From Pseudomonadota bacterium (lineage in GTDB: Bacteria > Pseudomonadota > Gammaproteobacteria > Burkholderiales > Thiobacillaceae), in contig JAUPLV010000001.1 in NCBI GenBank assembly GCA_030836725.1, positions 1 to 55,169 of the forward strand: a stretch of 55,169 bases of DNA, in the 5' to 3' direction. The position numbers and the translations under genes were made by a program. Under the pieces are notes generated by a model. The model was not told the DNA's origin and made no database searches. It was given only the letters and a program-made list of their open reading frames with translations. Shown piece after piece: positions 20,591 to 30,645 of the stretch. Positions within the stretch are counted from its first letter, which is position 1; every line of letters starts with the position of its first letter.

Positions 20591-21760
20591 TCAGTGCAAC
20601 AGATCCGCAAGGTGGTCGATCAAGCGGCGCGCCTGGGTCAACTTGTCGGCGCGCGGCAGCGGATGCCGGCCACGGTCATCGAACAGCACCAACTCGGCCG
20701 TGTCCTGCCCGAGCGTGTCCTGCGCCAGATTGCCGACCAGCAAGGGCAGTTTTTTCTTCAGGCGCTTGGACTCGGCATGTTCCGCCAGGCGTTCGGTCTC
20801 GGCGGCGAAACCGACGCAGAACGGCGCATCGGGCAAGGCGGCCACCTCGGCCAGGATATCGGGATTGGGTACCAGATGCAGCGTCATCCCGCCGCTTTTC
20901 TTGATTTTCTGCGTCGCGGCATGGTCCACCCGATAATCGGCCACCGCCGCCACCGCGATGAAGGCATCGCTCGGCAGTTCGGCCAGCACCGCGCCGCGCA
21001 TGTCGGCCGCGCTGCGCACGTCGATGCGGCGCACCCCCGCCGGCGTCGCGAGGCAGGTCGGCCCCGACACCAGGCACACCGCGGCGCCCGCCTCCGCGGC
21101 CGCCTGCGCGATCGCATAGCCCATCTTGCCGGAACTCAGGTTGGTCAGCCCGCGCACCGGGTCGATCGGCTCGAAGGTGGGGCCGGCCGTGATCAGGATG
21201 CGCTTGCCCGCCAGTCCGCCCGCGCACATGGGCAGCGCGGCCAGAATTTCAGCCGGCTCCAGCATCCGCCCGAGGCCGGTTTCGCCGCAGGCCTGCTCGC
21301 CCGCCGCCGGCCCCAGCACGCTGACGCCGTCCGCGCGCAGCTGTTCGAGATTGCGTTGGGTCGGCGCGGCCGCCCACATTTCCCGGTTCATCGCGGGGGC
21401 GACGGCAAGTCCGCAGGTGCGCGCCAGACACAGGGTCGACAGCAGGTCGTCGGCGCGGCCCTGCGCCAGCCTGGCCAGAAAATCAGCCGAGGCGGGCGCC
21501 ACCAGAATCAGGTCGGCGTCGCGCGACAGATGGATGTGTTCCATGCCGTCGCCGCTGGCGGAATCCCACAGCGAAGCCAGCACCGGCTTGCCAGACAGGG
21601 CCTGAAAGGTGAGCGGGGCGACAAACCGCTGCGCGGCGTCGGTCATTGCCACCCGCACCTCGGCGCCGCCCTTGACCAGCAAACGGCACAACTCGGCCGC
21701 CTTGTAGGCGGCGATGCCGCCGGTGACGCCGAGGAGGATTTTTTTGTGCGTCAGCGACAC
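20591..21760 (-). CDS. coaBC: Bifunctional phosphopantothenoylcysteine decarboxylase/synthase
   Basis: [46 protein letters not shown]. Start is probably a GTG at about 21760-21766. Confidence 0.95.
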   Translation of the reverse strand: MSLTHKKILLGVTGGIAAYKAAELCRLLVKGGAEVRVAMTDAAQRFVAPLTFQALSGKPVLASLWDSASGDGMEHIHLSRDADLILVAPASADFLARLAQGRADDLLSTLCLARTCGLAVAPAMNREMWAAAPTQRNLEQLRADGVSVLGPAAGEQACGETGLGRMLEPAEILAALPMCAGGLAGKRILITAGPTFEPIDPVRGLTNLSSGKMGYAIAQAAAEAGAAVCLVSGPTCLATPAGVRRIDVRSAADMRGAVLAELPSDAFIAVAAVADYRVDHAATQKIKKSGGMTLHLVPNPDILAEVAALPDAPFCVGFAAETERLAEHAESKRLKKKLPLLVGNLAQDTLGQDTAELVLFDDRGRHPLPRADKLTQARRLIDHLADLLH

Positions 21761-21822
21761 GATCACGATTCCCACGCTGTTTTTGCATAACAATGGCCAC
21801 ATTCTACGGGAGAGATATCGGC

Positions 21823-22497
21823 ATGGCGATTTGTGACTGGCCGGAAGACACGCGCCCACGCGAAAAGCTGCTGAAACAGGGGGCGGCGGTGCTGACCGAC
21901 GCCGAACTGGTCGCGGTTTTCCTGCGCACCGGCATGGTCGGCAAAAGCGCGGTCGATCTCGGGCGCGAACTGATCGAGCGGTTTGGCGGGCTGGGCGGCC
22001 TGTGCCGCGCGGACAAAAAATCCGCCTGCGCCGCCCCCGGCGTCGGCGAGGCCAAATACGCGCTGCTGCAGGCGGTGATGGAAATGGCACGCCGCACCCT
22101 GGCCGAGGACATGCAGGCGGGCGACGCACTGACCTCCCCCGCGGCCGTGCGCGACTATCTGCGGCTGATCCTGCGCAACAAGGAATATGAAGTGTTCTGC
22201 TGCGTGTTTCTCGATGCGCAGAACCGGGTACTCGCGGTGGAGGAGCTGTTTCGCGGCACCCTGACGCAAACCAGCGTCTACCCGCGCGAGATCATCAAGC
22301 GCGCGTTGCTTCACAACGCCGCCGCACTGATTCTGGCGCACAACCACCCGAGCGGCGTGGCCGAACCCAGCCAGGCCGACCGCACCCTCACCCTGAGACT
22401 GGCGGACGCGCTGGCGCTGGTGGACATCCGCGTCCTCGACCATTTCATCGTGGCAGGCGCGTCCTCACTGTCGTTCAAGGAAGCCGGCCACCTCTGA
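21823..22497 (+). CDS. radC: RadC/UPF0758 JAB-domain protein
   Basis: MAICDWP...RPREKL, HNHPSG..EPS.AD, LDH. Canonical position between coaBC and rpmB. Confidence 0.93.
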   Translation: MAICDWPEDTRPREKLLKQGAAVLTDAELVAVFLRTGMVGKSAVDLGRELIERFGGLGGLCRADKKSACAAPGVGEAKYALLQAVMEMARRTLAEDMQAGDALTSPAAVRDYLRLILRNKEYEVFCCVFLDAQNRVLAVEELFRGTLTQTSVYPREIIKRALLHNAAALILAHNHPSGVAEPSQADRTLTLRLADALALVDIRVLDHFIVAGASSLSFKEAGHL

Positions 22498-22510
22498 GCC
22501 GCGATCGAAC

Positions 22511-22540
22511 TTGCCCCGGACTTGAAAGCTGTGGTATAAA
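22511..22540 (+). promoter_or_regulatory. Putative sigma-70 promoter of rpmB-rpmG
   Basis: TTGCCC-18 bp-TATAAA with an extended -10 TGn, followed by a GC-rich discriminator. Confidence 0.55.
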
Positions 22541-22608
22541 TCGCGGTTCTCGGGTTGACCATTGTCGTTGACCCTAAATGGTTAACCTTTAATTTTTGGA
22601 GCAGAATC

Positions 22609-22845
22609 ATGGCTCGCGTATGCGTCGTGACGGGCAAAAAGCCCATGGTCGGGAACAACGTTTCCCACGCCAACAATAGAACCAAGCGTCGTTTCCTGCC
22701 GAACCTGCAATACCGCCGGTTCTGGGTCGAGAGCGAAAATCGCTGGGTACGTATGCGCTTGTCCACTGCGGCACTGCGCACCATCGACAAGAATGGCATC
22801 GATTCCGTTCTTGCCGACCTGCGCGCTCGCGGCGAAGCCATTTAA
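22609..22845 (+). CDS. rpmB: 50S ribosomal protein L28
   Basis: [33 protein letters not shown]; GGAG RBS. Confidence 0.98.
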   Translation: MARVCVVTGKKPMVGNNVSHANNRTKRRFLPNLQYRRFWVESENRWVRMRLSTAALRTIDKNGIDSVLADLRARGEAI

Positions 22846-22860
22846 TCAAGGAGAACGATC

Positions 22861-23028
22861 ATGGCTAAAGGCGGACGCGAAAAGATCAAGTTGGAGTCCA
22901 CTGCGGGCACCGGACACTTCTACACCACCACCAAGAACAAGAAAACCATGCCCGAGAAAATGGAGATCAGCAAGTTCGATCCCAAGGCTCGCAAGCATGT
23001 GATGTACAAGGAAACCAAGCTGAAATAA
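22861..23028 (+). CDS. rpmG: 50S ribosomal protein L33
   Basis: Below the ORF track cutoff; read manually as [64 protein letters not shown]. Confidence 0.97.
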   Translation: MAKGGREKIKLESTAGTGHFYTTTKNKKTMPEKMEISKFDPKARKHVMYKETKLK

Positions 23029-23045
23029 GCCGGGTTACCGCCCGT

Positions 23046-23073
23046 AAAAAACCCGCCTTATGGCGGGTTTTTT
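23046..23073. terminator. Bidirectional intrinsic terminator
   Basis: AAAAAA-CCCGCC-TTAT-GGCGGG-TTTTTT between rpmG and the convergent GGDEF/EAL gene. Confidence 0.92.
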
Positions 23074-25177
23074 AATGGTCCAAGCACGCGCACCCCGGTT
23101 CGGGCAGCAGTTTCACGAACTCTTCGAACGAGAGCGGCCGCCCGAGCAGGAATCCCTGCATGTCGTCGCAGCCCAGTTGCAGAAGGACGGCGCGTTGCGC
23201 CTCGGTTTCGACGCCTTCGGCGATCACCTTCAGCCCCAGGCTGTGCCCCATGCTGATGATGGCGGACACGATCTGCCGGTCGGTTTCCGATTCCGCGATG
23301 TCCTGCACAAAAGCACGGTCGATCTTGAGCCGGTGGATGGCGAATCGCTTGAGATAGGCGAGATTGGAGTAGCCGGTTCCAAAGTCGTCCACCGCGAATT
23401 CAAAGCCCTGCTTGCCGAGCTCCTGCAAACCGGCCTCGGCGGAGAAATCCTTGCTCATCAACGCGCTTTCGGTGAACTCCAGCTCGACGCATGCCGGCGT
23501 CAGACCATGTCGTTTGAGCGGCGCGACGAACTCCTCCACGAGGTCTTTCTGGCGCATCTGCAGAGGGGACACATTGATGGCCACCCGCAGGCTTCCGGGC
23601 TTGAACCGGCCGCACAATGTGGCGACGTTTCGGGCGGCCTCATCCAGCACCCAGCGGCCCAGTTCCAGAATCAAGCCGCTTTCCTCGGCGATGGAAATAA
23701 ACCGGCTTGGCGGAATGTCGCCCATGGTAGGGTGGCGCCAGCGCGCAAGAACCTCGACCCCGATCAGTTCGCCATCAGCCAGCCGGAACTGCGGCTGCCA
23801 GGCCAGCGCCAGGCCGCCTTCGCGCAATCGGATGCGCAGGGCATTCTCCAGGTGCACGCGCTCGGCCAGATGCCGGTTCAACTCCGGCGTGTAGAACGAG
23901 TGGCTTGCCCGCCCACCTTCCTTGGCACGGTACATTGCTGCGTCGGCATTGCTGACCAGCAGCTCCACGCTATCGCCGTCTTCCGGGAATCGAGCGATGC
24001 CGATGCCGGCTGAAATGTGGGTATCGTTTCCGTCAATACGGATGGGCGGCTCGAAGACATCGATGATCCTGCGCGCCATCGTCGCGGATCTCCAGTGTTC
24101 CTCGGACTCCTGGAGGATGACGGCAAACTCATCCCCCCCCCAGCGCGCGACCGTGTCCGATGCGCGCACCACGCCACGCAAACGATGTGCGGCCTGGGCA
24201 AGCAGACGATCGCCGAAGCTGTGTCCAAGGGAGTCGTTGATTTCCTTGAAGCGGTCGAGGTCGAGAAGCAAGAGCGTAAATCCGCTCTGGTCGACCCGCG
24301 CCTTGGCCATGACCTGCTCCAGCCGGTCGTAAAACAACTGACGGTTGGGGAGCTCGGTCAATGGATCGTAATAGGCCAGATCATGCAGGCGTTTCTGGAC
24401 CTCCTTGTGCTGGCTGATATCGGAGAAGACGCCGGCATAGTGGGTGATCTTGCCCGATCCGTCGCGTATGGCATTGATATGCAGCCACTCCGGATAAACC
24501 TCGCCATTCTTGCGCCGGTTCAATATTTCCCCGCTCCAGACGCCGCCCTCCTTGAGGGCGGACCACATGGCCTGGTAGAAATCCGGCCCGTGGTGGCCAG
24601 AACCGAGAATTTGCGGCGTTTTACCCCTGGCATCCTCCATGGAATAGCCGGTGGTGGCGGTAAAAGCACGGTTGACCGCAATGATGCGGGCTTGCGCGTC
24701 GGTCACCATGATGCCTTCGCTGGTGGTTTCGAAAACCGAGGCTGCGATGCGGCTGTTATCGAGCTCTGCCTGCAGCAGCTGGATCAGGGAGGTGCATCCC
24801 TCGCTCAGCAGGTGCTCGGATTTGGAGAGGGCGGCAAACAGGCTGGCGCTGGTGACCACGCCGAGGAACTCGCCCTTGACGTCCAGCACCGGAAGAAAGT
24901 CCTCCCGCGCGCCTTGCAGAAGGTCGATCGCCAGTTCCAGGGGGGCCTCTTCCGTCAGCGGGTGGGAAGAGCGCAGGTCGACAAGATCGGAAAAAAGCCC
25001 GTCCGGGAAGAGCACTGCCTGTCTTTCCGAAACCAGCCCAAGAAAGCGCTGGCCTTCGAACACCGTGAACATCCTCACGTTGCTTCCTGTATCCGCCAGT
25101 TCCTGGTAACACTGGTCGGCCCGAACACGCATCGAGAGGGGGGAAAGGGCGCAGCGCAATGTCGTCCTGGCGCTCAT
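23072..25177 (-). CDS. CBS-PAS-GGDEF-EAL diguanylate cyclase/phosphodiesterase
   Basis: N-terminal CBS-like pair (FLGLVS; LPVLDVKGEFLGVVT), PAS (VNRAFTATTGY...RRKNGEVYP), RASD-x5-GGDEF, EVLARW, DDFGTGYS. Start uncertain (ORF open to 25306). Confidence 0.9.
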   Translation of the reverse strand: MSARTTLRCALSPLSMRVRADQCYQELADTGSNVRMFTVFEGQRFLGLVSERQAVLFPDGLFSDLVDLRSSHPLTEEAPLELAIDLLQGAREDFLPVLDVKGEFLGVVTSASLFAALSKSEHLLSEGCTSLIQLLQAELDNSRIAASVFETTSEGIMVTDAQARIIAVNRAFTATTGYSMEDARGKTPQILGSGHHGPDFYQAMWSALKEGGVWSGEILNRRKNGEVYPEWLHINAIRDGSGKITHYAGVFSDISQHKEVQKRLHDLAYYDPLTELPNRQLFYDRLEQVMAKARVDQSGFTLLLLDLDRFKEINDSLGHSFGDRLLAQAAHRLRGVVRASDTVARWGGDEFAVILQESEEHWRSATMARRIIDVFEPPIRIDGNDTHISAGIGIARFPEDGDSVELLVSNADAAMYRAKEGGRASHSFYTPELNRHLAERVHLENALRIRLREGGLALAWQPQFRLADGELIGVEVLARWRHPTMGDIPPSRFISIAEESGLILELGRWVLDEAARNVATLCGRFKPGSLRVAINVSPLQMRQKDLVEEFVAPLKRHGLTPACVELEFTESALMSKDFSAEAGLQELGKQGFEFAVDDFGTGYSNLAYLKRFAIHRLKIDRAFVQDIAESETDRQIVSAIISMGHSLGLKVIAEGVETEAQRAVLLQLGCDDMQGFLLGRPLSFEEFVKLLPEPGCACLDH

Positions 25178-25322
25178 CGGGATTTGGTCTCGATTCGAGT
25201 TTTCAGGTGCGGGACCGGAATTTCTTCCGGGCTCATTGTCGGACAACGCATTCGCAGGATGAGTCGCCAGGGAGAACGCGCAGGATAGGGGCATGGTTAT
25301 GCTCAAGCTTAAAGAAGATGCT

Positions 25323-25757
25323 TTGTTTTATTTCGACAAGGGCCTTGCGGGCGCGCAATGCACGCCCAACCCAGATTTACAGTCGGACCAAAGAGCCGCC
25401 TGCGAGTTCTTGGGCGTGGCTGCGCAGGCGCTTGCTCTTGCCCGGCAGGGTGTCGAGTCCGGCACGGTCGGCGGGCTCTTTGCTCAGCCAGCGGCGGAAG
25501 CTGTCGAGGCTCCAACTATTCGACAGGTTCGCGCCGGCTTTCAGCTTGGCAATTTCGGCCGCGCTGTCGTCACGCACGCTCCGCACAAAGCGCGTCATCA
25601 CATCGTAACGGTGGGTGACAATGGGATGCTGGTCAACGGCGCGATGCGCCTGCGAACGGTGCGGAAAAATGGTTACAGCGGCGATGGCGACATGGGTTAG
25701 TCCAAGCGTGACCAGCGCATATCCCCACCACGGTAAAACAAACAAGCCTAATTGCAT
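25323..25757 (-). pseudogene. Internally deleted DesA-type acyl-CoA/fatty acid desaturase remnant
   Basis: LPWWGYALVTLGLTHVAIAAVTIFPHRSQAHRA (desaturase N-terminus and first His box) joins directly to THRYDV...FRRWL, recalled as the family's C-terminal domain. Second and third His boxes absent; stop at 25377-25379. Confidence 0.75.
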
Positions 25758-25820
25758 GGCTCAATAGTATAAAAGGATTGAAATGTCTTATATTATGCAG
25801 ACAATCCCTAAGGAAATCAA

Positions 25821-27140
25821 TCATGAATCGATCGAAATGGGGCCTGAAGAGGGTGCAAAATGTACTACCCGCTGCGGGAAGGGAATCTCGATTCCGGCAG
25901 CCTTGAAACCCCGCCAGATGGCCCAGTTGATGTCGGATCGCAGGTTGTTTTGCCCTTCGCCCGCGTCGCGGATCCACACGGCCAGTTCCAGCAGAACGCC
26001 ATTATCCGCGAACTCCTTGAGAAACACCCTGGGCAGGCTGTCGGGATCGTCGAGAATCACCCGCTGCTGGCTGCGCGCCGCTTCCAGCATCAACGCCTCC
26101 GCCCGTTCAAGATCGGCATCGTAGGAGACCTGCACCGGAAGAGAAATCCGGACGTTGGGTCTGGTCAGCGAGTGATTGACCACCGTCTGCGTGATCAGGG
26201 TTTCGTTGGGCACGATGCTTTCGGTTCCGTCGAATGCTTTCAACAAGGTGTAACGCGTGTTGATCTGGCTGACTTCGCCATATTTGTTGTCGACGGTGAC
26301 CATATCCCCGATACGCACCGAGCGATCAAGCAGGATGATGAATCCGGACACATAGTTGCTGGCTACCTTTTGCAGACCGAAGCCGATGCCCACCCCGAGT
26401 GCGCCGCCGAACACCGACAGCACCGTGAGATCGATCCCCACCGCGGGCAGCGCCACCAGCACCGCCAGGATCAGGAAGACCGTGCGCACCGCCTTCGACA
26501 GCGCCATGCGCAGCGACAGGTTCAGTTGCGTAACGCCCATCAGGCGGCGCTCGACCAGGCGCCCCAGCATCAGCGCCGCGATGATCGCTACCACGATCAC
26601 CGCCGCCGCCTGCAACAGCAGCCACAGCGAGAAGCGATGGCTTCCCGACTGGAACGACAGTGCTTCCATTGCGGCGTGAATGCGCGGCAACAAACCGGTG
26701 ATGTGCAGCGCAAACGCGCCCCAGATCAGCCAGGCCGCCGAACGCTCCCACACTTTGAGCGACTCGCGCGGCTCGAATACGTAGCGCAGCGAATAAATCG
26801 CCAGCCGCACACCCACCAGCGACAGCAGCAGCGGCACCGCCAGGTTCAACAGATGGGTATTGGCCAGCCACACGCCCGCAAGGTCGCGCCCGAGCAGCAG
26901 CGCCAGCAGCATGAGGAGCGGAACGCCGACCCGATGCATCCCCCCGCGCCCGGCCGTCCACAGGGCGCCGGTTTTATCGAGATAGGGATGGATCAAGCGC
27001 ATCGCACCCCAGGCCGCCAGCGCACACGCCGCCAGGACGCCGGCTTGCCACAGCAAGGTTGAGTTATACCCGGCCTCGATGAGGGGCGTCAGGAGGTTGT
27101 CGAAAGGAAGAGGTTTGGCCAAGGCGGTCTCGAAATTCAT
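25821..27140 (-). CDS. MscS-family mechanosensitive channel
   Basis: Multiple TMs, then GGALGVGIGFGLQKVASNYVSG, VRIGD, IVPNE, IEIPFPQR. Confidence 0.92.
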   Translation of the reverse strand: MNFETALAKPLPFDNLLTPLIEAGYNSTLLWQAGVLAACALAAWGAMRLIHPYLDKTGALWTAGRGGMHRVGVPLLMLLALLLGRDLAGVWLANTHLLNLAVPLLLSLVGVRLAIYSLRYVFEPRESLKVWERSAAWLIWGAFALHITGLLPRIHAAMEALSFQSGSHRFSLWLLLQAAAVIVVAIIAALMLGRLVERRLMGVTQLNLSLRMALSKAVRTVFLILAVLVALPAVGIDLTVLSVFGGALGVGIGFGLQKVASNYVSGFIILLDRSVRIGDMVTVDNKYGEVSQINTRYTLLKAFDGTESIVPNETLITQTVVNHSLTRPNVRISLPVQVSYDADLERAEALMLEAARSQQRVILDDPDSLPRVFLKEFADNGVLLELAVWIRDAGEGQNNLRSDINWAIWRGFKAAGIEIPFPQRVVHFAPSSGPISIDS

Positions 27141-27202
27141 GCGTGCGGTTCACCCGGTTTTCCACCGGGCAGGCGTGACCGGATGATAAAAGGTTTGCTT
27201 CC

Positions 27203-29014
27203 TTAATGTGTAAAATCGGCGTACATCGCCTCGACTGCGTCCTTGTAACGGCCAAGAACCTGGTTGCGTTTGACCTTGAGGGTGGGCGTCAACAAACCGT
27301 CATCCACCGTCCACGGTTTGAGTTCCGGATGCACGCGGCGGATCTGCGCGTAGCCCGGAAAAGCCCCAAGGTGGCCGGCGACGCGCCGGGTCAACGCTTT
27401 CAGCACGCCGGGATCGCTCAGGGCCGCCGGGTGTGTCGGGTCAACATCGAAGCCTGCTGCAAAAACCGGCCAGTGTTCCTCGTTGAGAACGATCAGGGCA
27501 GCGAGATAGGGCCGGCCTTCGCCAACGATCATCACCTGCTCGAACAACGGGTCAAGCAGGATGCTCGACTCCATCTCGGACGGCGACACCTTCTCGCCGT
27601 TGCTCAGCACGATGATGTCCTTGATCCGGCCAACCAGGGTGATATAGCCCTGTGCATCGACGCTGGCCTGGTCGCCGGTGTGCAGCCAGCCGTCGGCGTC
27701 GATCATGGCGCGGGTGGCGGCCTCGTCCTTCCAGTATCCGCGCATCACGCAACGGCTGCGGGTCAGCAGCTCGTCGTCGTCGCCGATCTTCACCTCGACG
27801 CCGGGCAGGGGCTTGCCGATGCTGGCGGGCCGGCTGGAATGCGGGCGGTTGACGCTCACCACCGGACCGGCCTCGGTGAGCCCGTAACCCTGGTAGATCG
27901 GCACGCCGAGGCCGATGAAAACGCGCGCAATGTCGGGCGACAGCGCCGCGCCGCCGGAAATCGCCACCTTCAGGCGGCCGCCCAGCTTGTGCATGATGGG
28001 GAGCGCCACCCGCTTCCGCAGCATCGGCCACAGCAGCAATTCGGGATGCCAGCCCGCCCGTCCCTGCTGGCGCTCAAAGCGCCGCCAGCCGACCCGGACC
28101 GCCAGATTGAATATTTTTGCGGCAAGCGGCCCCTTCTTCGCCAGCCCCCCCTGGATGCGGCCATAGACGAGCTCGTAAATGCGCGGCACCGAGATCAGCA
28201 CGGTGGGGCGGATATCCCGCAAATCCTGCGCCAGTTGGGCGATGGATCGCGCATACGCGACTTCGGCGCCAAGCAGCATCGGCAGGTAGTAACCCGCGGT
28301 GCGTTCCAGGGTGTGGGACAGCGGCAGGAAGGACAAAAACACCTCATCCGGCCCGAAATCCGCGCATTGCGATGCGTAGAAGGCGTTCCACAGCATGTTG
28401 CCGTGCGTCAGCATCACCCCCTTGGGGCGCCCGGTGGTACCCGAGGTGTACACGATGCTCGCCAGCATGCCGGCATCCAGGCGGGGCTCGGCCGCCGGTG
28501 CGCCGGCTGCCTCAAGCCAGTCGGCCGCGACCACGAAGCGCGACTTGCAGTCGGCCTGTCCGTTTTCAGGCTCGGTCAGGCTGACGATGCATTCCAGGGT
28601 GTGCGACGCGGCCGCGATCTCGGCCAGCCTGTTGTGCTGAAACCGGCCCTCGACCAGCAGCAGCCGGGCTTCGGCATGGTCGATGATGTAGGCCGCATTG
28701 TCGGGCCGGTCGTCTGGGTAGAGCGGCACCGTCACCAGACCCAGCCCCAGCGCGGCCTGATCGAAGATTACCCACTCGACGCTGTTTCTCAGCATCAGCG
28801 CAACGCGGTCGCCCTGCACTAGCCCTTCCCGCGCCAGCGCCGCCTGCCAGCGCGCCACCTGCGCCGCCATCTGCGCCCAGGTGAAGCTCACCCAGCTGCC
28901 GCGGGCCTCGTCGAACTGGCGATAGGCCAGCCGATCGGGCGTCGCCGCGACGCGTGCGCGAAACAGGCCGCATAGCGTGGCAAGCGAATCGGGATGGAGC
29001 GACACAGCCGTCAT
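27203..29014 (-). CDS. Long-chain fatty acid-CoA ligase (AMP-binding)
   Basis: YTSGTTGRPKG, LPLSH, GYGLTE, WLHTGD, GRIKD, LTPTLK. Confidence 0.92.
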   Translation of the reverse strand: MTAVSLHPDSLATLCGLFRARVAATPDRLAYRQFDEARGSWVSFTWAQMAAQVARWQAALAREGLVQGDRVALMLRNSVEWVIFDQAALGLGLVTVPLYPDDRPDNAAYIIDHAEARLLLVEGRFQHNRLAEIAAASHTLECIVSLTEPENGQADCKSRFVVAADWLEAAGAPAAEPRLDAGMLASIVYTSGTTGRPKGVMLTHGNMLWNAFYASQCADFGPDEVFLSFLPLSHTLERTAGYYLPMLLGAEVAYARSIAQLAQDLRDIRPTVLISVPRIYELVYGRIQGGLAKKGPLAAKIFNLAVRVGWRRFERQQGRAGWHPELLLWPMLRKRVALPIMHKLGGRLKVAISGGAALSPDIARVFIGLGVPIYQGYGLTEAGPVVSVNRPHSSRPASIGKPLPGVEVKIGDDDELLTRSRCVMRGYWKDEAATRAMIDADGWLHTGDQASVDAQGYITLVGRIKDIIVLSNGEKVSPSEMESSILLDPLFEQVMIVGEGRPYLAALIVLNEEHWPVFAAGFDVDPTHPAALSDPGVLKALTRRVAGHLGAFPGYAQIRRVHPELKPWTVDDGLLTPTLKVKRNQVLGRYKDAVEAMYADFTH

Positions 29015-29073
29015 ATCGGATCGTCAAGCATCGGAGGCGAACATTGCAGTCATAGCCGCAAAGCCATGGCGGA

Positions 29074-30324
29074 TCAAGCAGCGCCGCCCTTGACCAGGGC
29101 CGCGGCGAAAAATCCGTCGGTGCCGTGCACTGCGGGAGACAGCTTCAGCATGGCGCCGGTATCGAGCGGAATCCTGTGCTGCGCCAGCAACCCGTTCACC
29201 GGATGCAGGGTGAACCCGCCTTCGGCCAGCAGTCCTTCGACGATGGCCTCGTTCTCCTCCCGCAGCAGGCTGCAGGTGGCATAAACCAGCCGGCCGCCGG
29301 GTTTCAGCAGTTTCGCCGCCGAGCGCAGGATGGCCGCCTGTTTTTGCGTCAACTCGTCGATGCTCTCGGGCGACTGGCGGAATTTCAGGTCGGGATTGCG
29401 GCGCAGCGTACCCAGGCCCGAGCACGGCGCATCGACCAGCACACGGTCGAGCTTGCCTGCCAGACGCTTCACCCGGGTGTCGTTCTCCGACGCAATCAGT
29501 TGCGGCATCACATTGGACAGGCCCGAGCGCGCCAGCCGCGGCTTCAGGTTGGTCAAGCGCTTTTCAGCCACATCGAACGCATACAGGCGTCCGGTCGACG
29601 CCATCATCGCGCCGATGGCGAGCGTCTTGCCGCCGGCGCCGGCACAGAAATCGCACACCATTTCGCCGCGCCGCGCGCCCAGCAGCAGCGCCAGCAACTG
29701 GCTGCCCTCATCCTGAACCTCGATGCTGCCGTCAAGAAACAGCGGATGGCGGTTGATGGCCGGGTGCTCCTTGAGACGAATGCCCCAGGGTGAAAACGGC
29801 GTCGCCACGGCGGCGATGCCGGCCACCGTCAGCTGCGCCAGCACCGCATCGCGCTCGGCCTTGAACGCGTTCACCCGCAGGTCGAGCGGCGCGGTCTGCT
29901 GCAGCGCCCGCCCCAGCGCGAGAATGTCGGCATCGCTCATGTCAGGCCGCAGCTTGTCGACCACCCAGTCGGGCAACTCGGCCGCCACGCCCAGCGGCAG
30001 GTTGTCGGTGGCGGCATCGCGAATATGCTGCACCAACTCGGGCTTGGCGAATCGTTCCAGGGTGGCGCCGCTGACGCCGCGCGACTTGATCAGCCAGGCG
30101 ACGATCAGCGTGCGCGGATTGGCGGCAGGCACCACCACCGACAGATAGCGATAACGCCGCAGCACGCCGAACACCGCCTCGGCGACAAACGCGCGGTCAT
30201 GCGAGCCGAGCTTTTTGTGTTCGCGGAAAAACGCCGACAGTACGGCATCGGCGGGCCGCTTGAAATCCAGCACCAGATCGAGCGCCTGGGTGGCGAGTTG
30301 CAACAAGGGGGGATTCAGTTCCAT
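29074..30324 (-). CDS. RsmB/NOP family RNA m5C methyltransferase
   Basis: QDEGSQ, DFCAGAGGKT, DAPCSG, YATCS, DGFF. Confidence 0.92.
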   Translation of the reverse strand: MELNPPLLQLATQALDLVLDFKRPADAVLSAFFREHKKLGSHDRAFVAEAVFGVLRRYRYLSVVVPAANPRTLIVAWLIKSRGVSGATLERFAKPELVQHIRDAATDNLPLGVAAELPDWVVDKLRPDMSDADILALGRALQQTAPLDLRVNAFKAERDAVLAQLTVAGIAAVATPFSPWGIRLKEHPAINRHPLFLDGSIEVQDEGSQLLALLLGARRGEMVCDFCAGAGGKTLAIGAMMASTGRLYAFDVAEKRLTNLKPRLARSGLSNVMPQLIASENDTRVKRLAGKLDRVLVDAPCSGLGTLRRNPDLKFRQSPESIDELTQKQAAILRSAAKLLKPGGRLVYATCSLLREENEAIVEGLLAEGGFTLHPVNGLLAQHRIPLDTGAMLKLSPAVHGTDGFFAAALVKGGAA

Positions 30325-30466
30325 GCGCGCTTTCCGGGATTGGCATCCGCGTGATTGACCATCGTGACAGCGCGCATTATCCCTCAGCGGGCAAGCGCGC
30401 AGCCCCTCCGCGCGTCGTCAGTCGCGCGCGACCAACAATATCGATCGCTTTAAAAACAAAAACATG

Positions 30467-30530
30467 ATCCGCGAAGAGCGCGAAGAAACGCCAGGGCTTT
30501 ACTTCGCGCCCCTTCGCGTCCTTCGCGGAT
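30467..30530. repeat. Palindromic element built from GCGAAG units
   Basis: ATCCGCGAAG-AGCGCGAAG-AAACGCCAG-(loop)-CTTCGCGCCC-CTTCGCGTC-CTTCGCGGAT, with a perfect 10-bp terminal inverted repeat. Confidence 0.7.
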
Positions 30531-30645
30531 ATAAAGCGCGGCAGTTGACCGGGCTGAAGCCGGCCGATAAGCCCCCCAAGCCAGAGGAAACGCCAGCGCC
30601 AGCAGCAGGGTTGGCGCTGCGTGCGCTCATGCCGCGATCCTCTGT

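Noticed and set aside
21823-22497. radC as a marker of a mobile element
   Set aside because: It is the full-length form in the canonical coaBC-radC-rpmB-rpmG chromosomal context.
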